DNA of 62,675 nucleotides from Tolypothrix carrinoi HA7290-LM1. GTDB taxonomy: Bacteria > Cyanobacteriota > Cyanobacteriia > Cyanobacteriales > Nostocaceae. The stretch is from NCBI GenBank assembly GCA_019358935.1, contig JAHHIK010000043.1, positions 1-62,675 of the forward strand, in the 5' to 3' direction. The position numbers and the translations under genes are program-made. Numbering within the stretch: position 1 is the first letter of the stretch; each line of letters starts with the position of its first letter. The notes under the pieces are model-generated. The model did not search any database, was not told where the DNA came from, and worked only from the letters and a program-made list of their open reading frames with translations. Of this stretch, positions 1 through 9,175 are shown in pieces.

Positions 1-126
1 ACCAACATTGCTGAGTGAACTGCGTTAACTATCGCTCGTTGGTCAATTCGTCACAGCCTTTGAATTCATCCCAACACGCTCCCTGAGTACAGGTACAGTG
101 TGGGGCTTCTTCCGCTTCAAGCTAAA
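1..126. mobile_element. Probable end of an IS200/IS605-family element that continues outside the window
   Basis: Imperfect subterminal hairpin (cccaacac...gtgtgggg) followed by cttcttccgcttcaagctaaa, then an abrupt switch to very AT-rich DNA. Resembles cyanobacterial tnpB-element ends from recollection; left versus right end not determined. Confidence 0.4.
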
Positions 127-269
127 TCATAGGAGTATTTTTTTATTTATTGTTTATATAAAAATACCAAAAAAATTGGTAATCAAGAATTCTTAAGGTT
201 GGTATTGTTAGAACTGAGAGTTGGTACTTGGTAGGTAAATAATGGTGGTAGTACCTTGTGTAAATTACT

Positions 270-479
270 TTAAGTAATTTCATCATCACTACCCTCTAAT
301 TCGCTCAAAGCCTTAGCTATAGCCTGTCTACAGAATTCTGGATAGTTATCGAGAGATTTTACTTTCGCTTCTACTTCCTCTGTCACTCTAAAAGCTAACC
401 TCCCTGTTAGTGGTTTATCTCTATCAGTAGTAAAACCATGTCCTTTTAAACTTTCAGGATTCCCTTTAGGGTTAGGCAT
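270..479 (-). CDS. Small ribbon-helix-helix (CopG-like) DNA-binding protein, copy 1
   Basis: 69 aa; MPNPKGNP start; alternating beta-strand LAFRV followed by two helices (EFCRQAIAKAL); paralog at 828-1031. Confidence 0.65.
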   Translation of the reverse strand: MPNPKGNPESLKGHGFTTDRDKPLTGRLAFRVTEEVEAKVKSLDNYPEFCRQAIAKALSELEGSDDEIT

Positions 480-612
480 TAATTAAGAAATATGAATAAA
501 ATTTTAAACGTTAGTGAACATACGTATAGAGGATTTAATTGGTAGGGGAATACTTTGGACGGTTCTCCCCTACCAATATCCATTAACAACAATCAACGGA
601 CATTATCATTTT

Positions 613-831
613 ATGTTCACTCGAAGCGAATTGGAAATTAAAACCCTTGGGGAACTTAAGGGACTGTGCAAGCAGTACGGACTTAAGCCACTGGGGAACC
701 CTGCTTATAAAACTGCTTGGATTGACGCTTTGTTGACTTTTGCGGCTATTGCGTTGCGTCAGATGAAGGAAGGGGAAGGACTGACAAGAATGACATTTAT
801 TGGCTATAGTGTCTTGTGTAAATTACTTTAA
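613..831 (+). pseudogene. Truncated copy of the HeH/Rho-N-like protein gene at 1156-1533
   Basis: Identical protein MFTRSELEIK...LTRMTF for 62 codons, then breaks at about 800 into the boundary of the next module. Confidence 0.75.
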
Positions 832-1031
832 GTAATTTCATCCTCACTACTCTCTAGTTCGCTCAGAGCTTTATAGATAGCCTGTCTACAGAATTCTCGA
901 TAATCATCTATTGTTTTAAGACGCGCCATTACTGACTCAGGAATTCTTATTGTCAGTTGCGCTTTAAGCGGTTCATCTCTAGTTGTGGTAAATGGTTGCA
1001 GATTGTCTGGGTTCCCCTTGGGGTTAGGCAT
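828..1031 (-). CDS. Small ribbon-helix-helix (CopG-like) DNA-binding protein, copy 2
   Basis: 67 aa; LTIRI strand plus EFCRQAIYKAL helix; clear paralog of 270-479. Confidence 0.65.
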   Translation of the reverse strand: MPNPKGNPDNLQPFTTTRDEPLKAQLTIRIPESVMARLKTIDDYREFCRQAIYKALSELESSEDEIT

Positions 1032-1155
1032 TGATTAAGAAATATAAATATATATTGATTAACGCGAGTTCGCGTGAATTAATTATTAATTGGCGGGTGA
1101 AAACTTTCCTACGGTCACACCCACCAATATCCACCTTTTTAAAATGGACAATTCC

Positions 1156-1533
1156 ATGTTTACACGTTCTGAATTGGAAATCAAAACTTTAGGGGAACTT
1201 AAGGGACTGTGCAAGCAATACGGACTTAAGCCACTGGGGAACCCTGCTTATAAAACTGCCTGGATTGACGCTTTGTTGACTTTTGCGGCTATTGCCTTGC
1301 GTCAGATGAAGGAAGGGGAAGGACTGACAAGAATGACCTTTAAAGGTTATCAGGATTTAGGGCAAGCACTAGATCAGATGGGACAACCTACAGACCAGCA
1401 AGCTGCATTAATTAAAGCAACGATGCAAGGAAAGCGTTTAGAGTATCCCCATCGCTACGACCAGGAAGCACTGCTTAACTTGCATAAAGCTAAGATGCAT
1501 TTGGAACAAGCGCTTGACTTGTTGAACATGTAA
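1156..1533 (+). CDS. Hypothetical protein with N-terminal HeH/SAP/Rho-N-like motif
   Basis: ELEIKTLGELKGLCKQYGLKPLGN..K..WIDAL fits the helix-extension-helix pattern. The ATG at 1156 matches the start of the duplicated copy. Confidence 0.65.
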   Translation: MFTRSELEIKTLGELKGLCKQYGLKPLGNPAYKTAWIDALLTFAAIALRQMKEGEGLTRMTFKGYQDLGQALDQMGQPTDQQAALIKATMQGKRLEYPHRYDQEALLNLHKAKMHLEQALDLLNM

Positions 1534-1565
1534 GGCATTGTTGTATTCTCAAGTAATCTCAAAAG

Positions 1566-1593
1566 ACTCTTACTTTCGGGTAGGGGTATTTTT
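1566..1593 (+). terminator. Putative intrinsic terminator
   Basis: actcttact-ttcg-ggtaggggt stem (several G-U pairs) followed by attttt, just after the 1533 stop. Confidence 0.45.
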
Positions 1594-1621
1594 CTATATG
1601 TTGTTGAAAGTACTTTAAGTA

Positions 1622-1763
1622 TAGGACTTACGCAAAATATCTCTCAAACTCCTATTTCTTCGTGTCCTTCTCTTCGAGACGCGAAGCGCGAACGTGCCTT
1701 CTCCTTCGGAGACGCCAAGGGCGAACGCGGTTCGTTATTCCATAAAGGAGTGCGTCAGTCCTA
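1622..1763. mobile_element. MITE-like element (142 bp) with 13-bp terminal inverted repeats
   Basis: TAGGACTTACGCA ... TGCGTCAGTCCTA (1 mismatch); flanked by 24-bp direct repeats at 1598-1621 and 1764-1787; contains two small two-hairpin repeats. Confidence 0.75.
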
Positions 1764-1962
1764 ATGTTGTTGAAATTACTTTAAGTTATTACTTTAAGTA
1801 GAATAGACAAGATATCTCTATGAGCATCTGTTAAGCATGATGCATTTGTATAAAGTAATGCTTAATTAAAACTCAAAACTGAACTTGAGATGATTTCGCA
1901 TTTCATGAGCATGATTTCATGCTTAAAGGCTGAAAGTACTGATTTAATAATGTTAATATCTT

Positions 1963-3690
1963 ATGCTTGAGCATGATGTGATTATTATCGGGGGGGGATT
2001 GGCAGGATGTCGCGCAGCAGTGGAAATTGCCAGAACCGATCCTAGCTTGAATGTGGCTGTGGTGGCGAAAACTCACCCGATTCGTTCGCACTCGGTAGCT
2101 GCCCAAGGTGGGATGGCAGCGTCGCTGAGAAACGTCGATACAGAAGATAGCTGGGAAGCACACGCTTTCGATACTGTCAAGGGTTCCGATTATTTAGCAG
2201 ACCAAGACGCGGTAGAAATTCTTACCCGTGAAGCACCAGATGTGGTGATTGACCTAGAACACATGGGTGTTTTATTCTCTCGCTTAAATGATGGTCGCAT
2301 TGCCCAACGCGCTTTTGGCGGACATTCTCACAATCGTACTTGCTATGCTGCTGATAAAACCGGTCACGCAATTTTACACGAATTGGTGAATAATTTGCGC
2401 CGCTACGGTGTGCAAATTTATCAAGAGTGGTACGTAATGCGCCTGATATTAGAAGAAGGTCAGGCGAAAGGTGTGGTGATGTATCACCTTTTGGATGGGC
2501 AAATAGAGGTGGTGCGGGCTAAGGCGGTGATGTTTGCTACAGGTGGCTATGGTCGCGTTTATAACACGACTTCTAACGATTACGCTTCTACGGGTGATGG
2601 TTTGGCGATGACAGCGATCGCCGGTTTGCCACTGCAAGATATGGAATTTGTCCAGTTCCACCCCACTGGATTATATCCCGTCGGGGTGCTAATTTCCGAA
2701 GCGGTGCGGGGCGAAGGCGCTTATTTGATTAATAGTGAGGGCGATCGCTTTATGGCGAATTACGCTCCCAGCCGCATGGAACTTGCCCCGCGTGATATTA
2801 CCTCGCGAGCGATCGCTTACGAAATTCGCGCCGGTCGTGGCGTTCATCTAGATGGTAGTCCAGGCGGTCCGTTTGTCTATCTCGACTTGCGTCACATGGG
2901 CAAAGAAAAAATTATGAGCCGCGTTCCCTTCTGTTGGGAAGAAGCACACCGCTTAGTTGGTGTAGATGCGGTAACGCAACCGATGCCAGTACGTCCAACC
3001 ATTCATTATTGTATGGGTGGTATCCCAGTTAACACTGATGGTCAAGTCCGCAGTAGTGGTGAAGGGCTTGTTGAGGGCTTCTTTGCTGCTGGGGAGACAT
3101 CTTGCGTTTCTGTACATGGTGCGAATCGTCTTGGTAGTAATTCGCTGTTGGAATGCGTGGTTTATGGAAAGAGAACCGGAAGTGCGATCGCTCGATTTGT
3201 GCAAAACCGCAAATTACCCACAATAGACGAGCAAAGTTACATAAAAGAGGCAAACCAACAAATTCAAGCTTTGCTAGATCAGCCTGGGAAGTATCGCATT
3301 AACCAAGTGCGTCAAGCCTTCCAAGATTGTATGACAGAATACTGCGGCGTTTTCCGCACCCAAGAATTAATGCATCAAGGCTTAGAAAAAATACAAGAAT
3401 TACAACAAAAAGCTTCGCAGATATACTTAGATGACAAAGGCAATTCTTGGAATACAGAAATTGTTGAAGCCTTGGAAATGCGAAGTTTAATGGTGGTAGG
3501 GCAAACGATTCTTTCCTCAGCCTTGAATCGTCAAGAAAGTCGTGGGGCACATTTCCGCGAAGATTATCCGCAGCGAGATGATGAAAACTTCCTCAGACAC
3601 ACATTGGCTTATTATTCACCGGCGGGAATTGATATTCAATATCGCCCGGTGACGATTACCATGTTTGAGCCAAAAGAGCGGAAATACTAG
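1963..3690 (+). CDS. sdhA: Succinate dehydrogenase/fumarate reductase flavoprotein subunit
   Basis: GGGLAG FAD motif, [10 protein letters not shown] covalent-FAD His, [28 protein letters not shown]. Confidence 0.97.
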   Translation: MLEHDVIIIGGGLAGCRAAVEIARTDPSLNVAVVAKTHPIRSHSVAAQGGMAASLRNVDTEDSWEAHAFDTVKGSDYLADQDAVEILTREAPDVVIDLEHMGVLFSRLNDGRIAQRAFGGHSHNRTCYAADKTGHAILHELVNNLRRYGVQIYQEWYVMRLILEEGQAKGVVMYHLLDGQIEVVRAKAVMFATGGYGRVYNTTSNDYASTGDGLAMTAIAGLPLQDMEFVQFHPTGLYPVGVLISEAVRGEGAYLINSEGDRFMANYAPSRMELAPRDITSRAIAYEIRAGRGVHLDGSPGGPFVYLDLRHMGKEKIMSRVPFCWEEAHRLVGVDAVTQPMPVRPTIHYCMGGIPVNTDGQVRSSGEGLVEGFFAAGETSCVSVHGANRLGSNSLLECVVYGKRTGSAIARFVQNRKLPTIDEQSYIKEANQQIQALLDQPGKYRINQVRQAFQDCMTEYCGVFRTQELMHQGLEKIQELQQKASQIYLDDKGNSWNTEIVEALEMRSLMVVGQTILSSALNRQESRGAHFREDYPQRDDENFLRHTLAYYSPAGIDIQYRPVTITMFEPKERKY

Positions 3691-3701
3691 TCATTATATC
3701 T

Positions 3702-3735
3702 TGGGGTGAAAAAATAGCTTTTCTTCACCCCGAAA
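3702..3735. terminator. Hairpin after sdhA
   Basis: ggggtgaa...ttcacccc inverted repeat just after the stop. Confidence 0.5.
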
Positions 3736-3852
3736 ATACAATGATACACAAAAATATCAGCTTTTATGTCAGTCCTGATAGAATTTCTGGGTGGGTGGGA
3801 ATACTAGGTTTATGCAAACAGCTATTCAGAAAAATTGTGAGGCTTAAAACCC

Positions 3853-4263
3853 ATGCCAGAAACGAATATTAGCGATTTGGTAGCTCATCCTTTAGCTAGA
3901 TATCGCAATCATTTGGAATTCAATGGATATCAGGTTGAAGAAGGTGAAGAGCTACTTTTGTGCCGTCACCCCCGAAAAAGCAATTTGATTATTAGATATA
4001 TTCCTAGTAGAGGAGTATTAATCAGAACTCTTTATTCTATTGAGCAAAATATTAAGAGAATACACCTCCTAGAATATATAAACGAATTGAATTCAGAGTT
4101 CATATTCATGAAAGCATATATTGATGAAGATAATGATCTGTCCATAGAAACGTTTTGTGAGGGTGAGTATGACAGAACAAATTTCTCAATTCTGTTGGAC
4201 AATATTGAATACGACATGGAAATTTTTGGTAATCACAAGCTAACACAAGAGTATTTGCAGTAA
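3853..4263 (+). CDS. YbjN-like domain protein
   Basis: 136 aa acidic; LLEYINELNSEFIFMKAYIDEDNDL pattern typical of the YbjN/T3SS-chaperone-like fold. Confidence 0.6.
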   Translation: MPETNISDLVAHPLARYRNHLEFNGYQVEEGEELLLCRHPRKSNLIIRYIPSRGVLIRTLYSIEQNIKRIHLLEYINELNSEFIFMKAYIDEDNDLSIETFCEGEYDRTNFSILLDNIEYDMEIFGNHKLTQEYLQ

Positions 4264-4426
4264 GAATAAAGGTTAAGTAGTGTCCATCGTAACTTTGGCA
4301 ATATCAGCAAAATCGGTGGACAACATCAACCCTTTATGAGAACATGCGATCCCTGTTTTCAAAACAGCGATCGCATTACATCTTTTCTGATAAGCTACGG
4401 TTGGTGTGTTTGTTTGGAGTTGTTAG

Positions 4427-4609
4427 TTGCCGACACAGAAACAATCGGATACAGCGATATATCTTTGCCAGTTACTATCTAATTTTTATCAGCCGATCCA
4501 AGTTTTCCGCTACGACCAAAAGTTGAAAACGCTCTATATTCAAGCTGGTGTAACTGATGAAATTGCAGTCATAATTGATCGAGATGGAAATTCAGACTTT
4601 GTTCTATGA
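4427..4609 (+). CDS. Small cyanobacterial protein, DUF6888-like
   Basis: PTxxQ...CQLLSNFYQPIQVFRYD...YIQAG; ATGA overlap with the next gene. Confidence 0.65.
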   Translation: MPTQKQSDTAIYLCQLLSNFYQPIQVFRYDQKLKTLYIQAGVTDEIAVIIDRDGNSDFVL

Positions 4610-4815
4610 CGCAGAACTTACACCAAATGACAAACACTGAACTAAAGCAGTATATTTCCAAACATAGAAATGATGAAGAAGAATTTCGGGCTGCATTGGA
4701 AGTTTTGATGAGTCGTAGTGACCCTTCTACAAAGCAACCTTATCCCTTTGATCTTGCCGATCCTGACAGCGAGATAAAAGCTTTGTTAATAGAAAAGCTG
4801 AAAAAAGCTGAATAG
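4606..4815 (+). CDS. Small cyanobacterial protein, DUF6887-like
   Basis: MTNTELKQYISKHRNDEEEF pattern; translationally coupled to the upstream gene. Confidence 0.65.
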   Translation: MTQNLHQMTNTELKQYISKHRNDEEEFRAALEVLMSRSDPSTKQPYPFDLADPDSEIKALLIEKLKKAE

Positions 4816-4905
4816 CACCCATCGGACGAATACAAGATCCTTAGTTATTGTCTAGATTACTTACAACTTTAATGAATGCGGCAGTAATTCATTTGTTTTT
4901 GTAGT

Positions 4906-4961
4906 GCGATAACCCTTTGGGTTAAAGCTTTCCTTCGGAACGCTGCGCGAACGCTTATCGC
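4906..4961. repeat. Small dispersed repeats inside a split HIP1-like site
   Basis: gcgataa...ttatcgc arms enclosing aaccc-ttt-gggtt and ttcc-ttc-ggaacgc-t-gcgcgaac; the latter resembles the units at 1668-1726. Confidence 0.45.
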
Positions 4962-4994
4962 GCTTTTGCCGCACAAACTACAATCACTCTTCTT

Positions 4995-5462
4995 TTGATA
5001 AAAACTGCCATGTCTTTCTTAAAAGCGCATTCCCAAACGTTATATGATACTGACTACTTGCAATGGATAGAAACGACTGTAGAAAAATTGCAAAGTCAGG
5101 ACTACGCAAACGTAGACTGGGAGAACCTGATTGAGGAAATGGCGGACATCGGAAAAAGTGAGCGTCGGAGCCTCAAGAGTAATTTTATTGTAATTTTGGT
5201 GCATTTGTTCAAATGGCAGCTTCAGCCGGAAAAGCAAAGCGGTAGCTGGGAAGCAACCATTATTGAGCATCGTAGACGTGTTAAAGAAGCTCTAGATGAT
5301 TCGCCTAGTCTCAAATCTTATCTTGAAAGCGTCTTTGGAGAGTGTTACGCACAAGCAGTTAAGCAAGCAAAAGCCGAAACTAATTTGCCAGTAGAGTTTT
5401 TTCCTGTGATGTGTCCATACGAGCTAGCAGAAGTGACAGATGATGAATTTTTACCTCAGTAA
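4995..5462 (+). CDS. DUF29 family protein
   Basis: LYDTDYLQW, DWENLIEE..DIGKSE, HLFKWQ.QP, SW..TI..HR, SPSLK.YL, FP..CPY motifs; the true start may be the ATG at 5010. Confidence 0.92.
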   Translation: MIKTAMSFLKAHSQTLYDTDYLQWIETTVEKLQSQDYANVDWENLIEEMADIGKSERRSLKSNFIVILVHLFKWQLQPEKQSGSWEATIIEHRRRVKEALDDSPSLKSYLESVFGECYAQAVKQAKAETNLPVEFFPVMCPYELAEVTDDEFLPQ

Positions 5463-5559
5463 GCACCACACAGCCCAATAGGGTTATACAGAAAGGAAAT
5501 TATTCAAACTTCTTCATTTTTCCTTTGTTGACTTTTAGCTGGGAAAGATGTATAATGAC

Positions 5560-5695
5560 ATTCGCATAGAAGGGGAGTAGCTGCTGGCAAAAAGACTTCA
5601 AAGAAAGCCAGCGCATCTGAATCAACATACTGGTGATAAACCTGGTTCAGATGGCAAGTATTTAGATATTTGATAGCGAGACCTTCACTGAGTTC
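5560..5695 (+). ncRNA. yybP-ykoY manganese riboswitch
   Basis: Signature segments GAAGGGGAGTAG (5569), TCAACATAC (~5622) and GCGAGACCTTC (~5676), directly upstream of a TMEM165/GDT1 Mn exporter. Confidence 0.88.
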
Positions 5696-5779
5696 ACACG
5701 AAAAAGTGTGAAGCTTAGTGAAGTTTCGCAACTCTCATTAAGCTTCACACAGGAAAAAAATCCTTAGGAGCTTGAAAGA

Positions 5780-6400
5780 GTGCTAACAGCTTTTACCGCA
5801 GGTTTATTATTAATCACAGTTTCCGAATTAGGAGATAAAACTTTTTTTATCGCCGCAATTTTAGCGATGCGGCACTCGCGACGGCTGGTATTAATCGGTG
5901 TGACAGCGGCTTTAGCTGCGATGACAATAATTTCTGTGGTAGCGGGACAAGCGGTATCTTTCTTGCCAAAGCTTTACGTTCATTACGCAGAAATTGTTTT
6001 ATTTATCGGCTTTGGTATCAAGCTGCTGTATGATGCAAATCGGATGTCGGCTTTGAGTTGTGATGCAGAAGTAGTAGGAGAGGCTAAAGAGGCGGTAGAA
6101 CAAGCAGAGAAGCAACTGCCCAAGAAAAAAACACCCCTGTCAATTATAATAGAAGCCTTTGTCTTAACATTTATGGCAGAGTGGGGCGATCGCACACAAT
6201 TTGCCACCATTGCTCTAGCCGCTAGCAATAACGCTTTTGGCGTAACCGTCGGTGCCATATTAGGACATTCTATTTGTGCAGTCATTGCCGTAAGTTGTGG
6301 ACGAATGATCGCCGGACGAATTTCCGAACGCCAACTTACCCTAATTGGTGGATGCTTATTTATCGTGTTTGGTGTACTTGCAGCAATCGAAGGGAGTTAG
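5780..6400 (+). CDS. TMEM165/GDT1 (UPF0016) family Mn2+/Ca2+ exporter, Mnx-like
   Basis: Two E-x-G-D-[KR]-T motifs (ELGDKT, EWGDRT); TAGGAG RBS before the GTG start. Confidence 0.95.
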   Translation: MLTAFTAGLLLITVSELGDKTFFIAAILAMRHSRRLVLIGVTAALAAMTIISVVAGQAVSFLPKLYVHYAEIVLFIGFGIKLLYDANRMSALSCDAEVVGEAKEAVEQAEKQLPKKKTPLSIIIEAFVLTFMAEWGDRTQFATIALAASNNAFGVTVGAILGHSICAVIAVSCGRMIAGRISERQLTLIGGCLFIVFGVLAAIEGS

Positions 6401-6406
6401 GAGGAG

Positions 6407-6600
6407 CGTGGTTAGTGGATAGTGGTTAGTGGATAGTGGTTAGTGGTTAGTGGATAGTGGTTAGTGGTTAGTGGATAGTGGATAGTGGTTAGTTGTCCCC
6501 CTGTCCCCTTGTCCTCCTTGTCCCCCTTGTCCCCCTTGTCCCCCTGTCCCCTTGTCCCCATCTCCCCCTCCCCCCATCTCCCCCTCCCCCCCTCTCCCCC
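6407..6600. repeat. STRR heptamer (GTGGTTA/GTGGATA)n followed by 8-9-mer (CCCCTTGT-type) repeats
   Basis: Direct reading; lies between convergent genes. Confidence 0.9.
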
Positions 6601-7470
6601 TCACGGTGTCGGAGAAGCCGTCGGGCTGGGTGAGGCTATTGCTTGTTGGTTAATTTGGTCTTTGTATTGAGCGGGTGCTAAAGTGGCAGCTTTGTCAAAT
6701 AAAGGTTTTGCCTCTTCAATTTTGCCTTGTTCTTTGACGAGCAACGCCTTTGCTAAAACCGGGCGAAAATCTTTAGCATCGCTTTTAATTGCTTGATCGT
6801 AAATAGAGAAAGCTTGAGTGTAGCGTTTTTGGGAAGCGTAGACGTTGCCCAAAAGTACTTGGACAGCGATCGCATCCACACTTCCCGGTTGAATTTTATT
6901 TGCCTGGGTTGAGGTAGTCAGCGTATCTTGCAGCAAACCGATCGCCGCTTCCGGGCGTTTTTGAGATAACAAAAGAGCCACCATGCCTTGTAAAGCTTCG
7001 ATATCCCCTGGTTTCGTTGCCAAAACAGAACGATAAGCTTGAGCAGCTCCTTCTTTATCGCCTATTTGCTGTTTTGCTTGCGCTAGTAGCACCGCGTATT
7101 TCGTTTGTTCTGGATTCAGCTTGACTAGCTTTTCTAAGGGTTCGATAACCGCTTGAATGTCAGCTGGTTGAATTTCACCTTTTCCTTTTTGACTCAGCAG
7201 CTGTAATCTAGCTTGTAATAACCCCTTAAGCGCGGCTTGATTTTCTGGTTCGCGTTGCAAAACTAATTCGTAACCCCGTACTTCGTCTTCCACTTTTGAT
7301 TTTGGGTCAGAAGCAGGCGAAGTGGCGACTTTGGCGCTACTGGTGTTTTGAGTTGGGCGTTGCGTATCATTAAATGCCGTAATTAAGGGAACCAAAGAAA
7401 CCCCGACAAAAGCAACTACTGCCAGCAACAGCACTACTTTAACCATCCAACGATTGCCTTGTTTAGACAC
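6601..7470 (-). CDS. Membrane-anchored tetratricopeptide repeat protein
   Basis: N-terminal hydrophobic segment and several TPR-like helical pairs (LLGNVYASQKRYTQAFSIYDQAI). Confidence 0.85.
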   Translation of the reverse strand: MSKQGNRWMVKVVLLLAVVAFVGVSLVPLITAFNDTQRPTQNTSSAKVATSPASDPKSKVEDEVRGYELVLQREPENQAALKGLLQARLQLLSQKGKGEIQPADIQAVIEPLEKLVKLNPEQTKYAVLLAQAKQQIGDKEGAAQAYRSVLATKPGDIEALQGMVALLLSQKRPEAAIGLLQDTLTTSTQANKIQPGSVDAIAVQVLLGNVYASQKRYTQAFSIYDQAIKSDAKDFRPVLAKALLVKEQGKIEEAKPLFDKAATLAPAQYKDQINQQAIASPSPTASPTP

Positions 7471-7847
7471 AAAACCGTCCTTCTTCTGAATAATGACACT
7501 ATCAGTAACACAAATGTGAAAGTTAAAAATTTTAAAAAGTTTGCGGAATACGGGTATTTAGCTGTGAAATTTATAACAATTAGCAATTTACACTGCTAAA
7601 GTAGGTGATGACTTTGGGGGAAATCCTCTGAAATTGTAGCTATGTTAAGCTGCCGAAACTAGTGTAAAAGCGTTAAATTACACATTTAGTATCTAAATGG
7701 TAAGTTTAGCGTTTAGAGTATCACACAGAGCGCTCTTTCGCGTGGCTAACTTGAAAGAAATATACTTTTAAGCGCCGCACAAACGCTCTTTTCAGCTGCC
7801 TTAGTAAAATCCCACAATGGGATGTGTCTCCGCCGCAAGGAGTTTAT

Positions 7848-8861
7848 ATGAATTCCGACCTGATGCCGTCGTCCGAACCGTCCAAATCTGCCTCTAATCA
7901 AGAGCCAACTAGCCTAGAAGCAGCAAATCAAGTTGAAAAACCAGTCCAAGTTTCTAAACCTGAGAATTCTTCCGTTGAACCCAGCGAGACTGCCTCAGAT
8001 GCAAACTTAGGCAATCGGCAGCAACCGATTCCCCCTCCCAGCGAACCGATGCAATATCGAGCGATCGGCTTAGTCCGAGGTCGCTACGTTGCTAGTAGTG
8101 AACAATTCACTCAAGGAATGCTGCTGACTACAGATGGTGTAGAACTCAATGCCGTCCTTCTTGGTCGGATAATGAGTTTAGTTAAGAATCATTTAGATTT
8201 AGAAAAAGAACATTTGTGGGTAGTATATCCGCGTACAAGGCAAGAAAATGATGCACTGCACCTACAAATTGTCGGGGTTTGGGAGCCAGAAAACCTGGCG
8301 AAACATTCCATAGAAGATGAAGATCAAGACTCAAAGTCACAAGAATTAGTTTCTACTAATGAAGCTTCATCAGAATCCGCAGAAACTACCAGCGCTCTTA
8401 CACCTTCATCAGAAATTACAGATGGTGGTTTTTCGGTTCGTGGTGAAGTAGTTTACCAATCTTTTGACGCTAAAAGCTTAGTGGTCAAGATTAAACAAGC
8501 CCCTCGCAAGACAGATGACAAACCCAAGTATTTCAAGTTGAAGCTTACGGGTGTACTTGGTACTAAAGCTGTCGGTAAGTTTTGGGACTTCCAAGCGAAG
8601 CGAGAAGCTGATTTATTGATGATAGAAAACGCTACGGCGATCGCTGATTTGCCCAAAAAACGCAGACCACCTGAAAAAGGCGGTTTCCGTGGTGGCGGTG
8701 GCGGTCGCGGTGGCGGTGGCGGCAGAAAACCATATCCGCCCAGACGCAGTAGCGGCGAAACCCCCCGCCCAATCAAGAAAGGCGAGTCATCGCCAATGCC
8801 AAATCCCGTACCCAAAGCACCCGCTCCTAAGCCAATAAAACGACCGAAGCCGCAGCAGTAG
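7848..8861 (+). CDS. Conserved cyanobacterial hypothetical protein
   Basis: Long ORF; AGGAG RBS before the ATG at 7848; conserved-looking core QYRAIGLVRGRY...HLWVVYPRT; basic Gly/Pro-rich tail. Confidence 0.8.
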   Translation: MNSDLMPSSEPSKSASNQEPTSLEAANQVEKPVQVSKPENSSVEPSETASDANLGNRQQPIPPPSEPMQYRAIGLVRGRYVASSEQFTQGMLLTTDGVELNAVLLGRIMSLVKNHLDLEKEHLWVVYPRTRQENDALHLQIVGVWEPENLAKHSIEDEDQDSKSQELVSTNEASSESAETTSALTPSSEITDGGFSVRGEVVYQSFDAKSLVVKIKQAPRKTDDKPKYFKLKLTGVLGTKAVGKFWDFQAKREADLLMIENATAIADLPKKRRPPEKGGFRGGGGGRGGGGGRKPYPPRRSSGETPRPIKKGESSPMPNPVPKAPAPKPIKRPKPQQ

Positions 8862-8865
8862 AAGA

Positions 8866-9172
8866 GTGGGGGAGGGGGGGAGAGGGGGACAAGGGGACAA
8901 GGGAGACAAGGGGGCAGGGGGAGTTTGCCTCCTTATCTTCCTTGTCTCCCCCATCTCCCCATGCCCCATGACGCGGCTATGCTTCAAGTCGGCAGAGCCG
9001 ACGGCAGGTGCTACAACGGGGGGAACCCCACGCCAGATGCCTCAACGGAGGGAACCTCCGCACAGCACTGGCTCCGCAACGCACTGCCTCAACGGACACG
9101 CTGCTCAAGTCGGCAAAGCCGCCCACGCAGGTGTCCTCCCCAACGCACTGGCTCCCCAATGCCCCATGCCCA
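8866..9172. repeat. STRR-type repeats containing a nested cluster of ~45-nt dispersed repeats (8971-9153)
   Basis: Intact homologous units at 36048-36091, 58490-58533 and 55542-55582 allow the nest to be parsed. Confidence 0.85.
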
Positions 9173-9175
9173 ATA

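Noticed and set aside
5484..5495. TTATACAGAAAG after DUF29, identical to 10493-10504, as a second att-like remnant
   Set aside because: Only 12 bp and the complementary arm and GTTRRRY box are missing; insufficient support.
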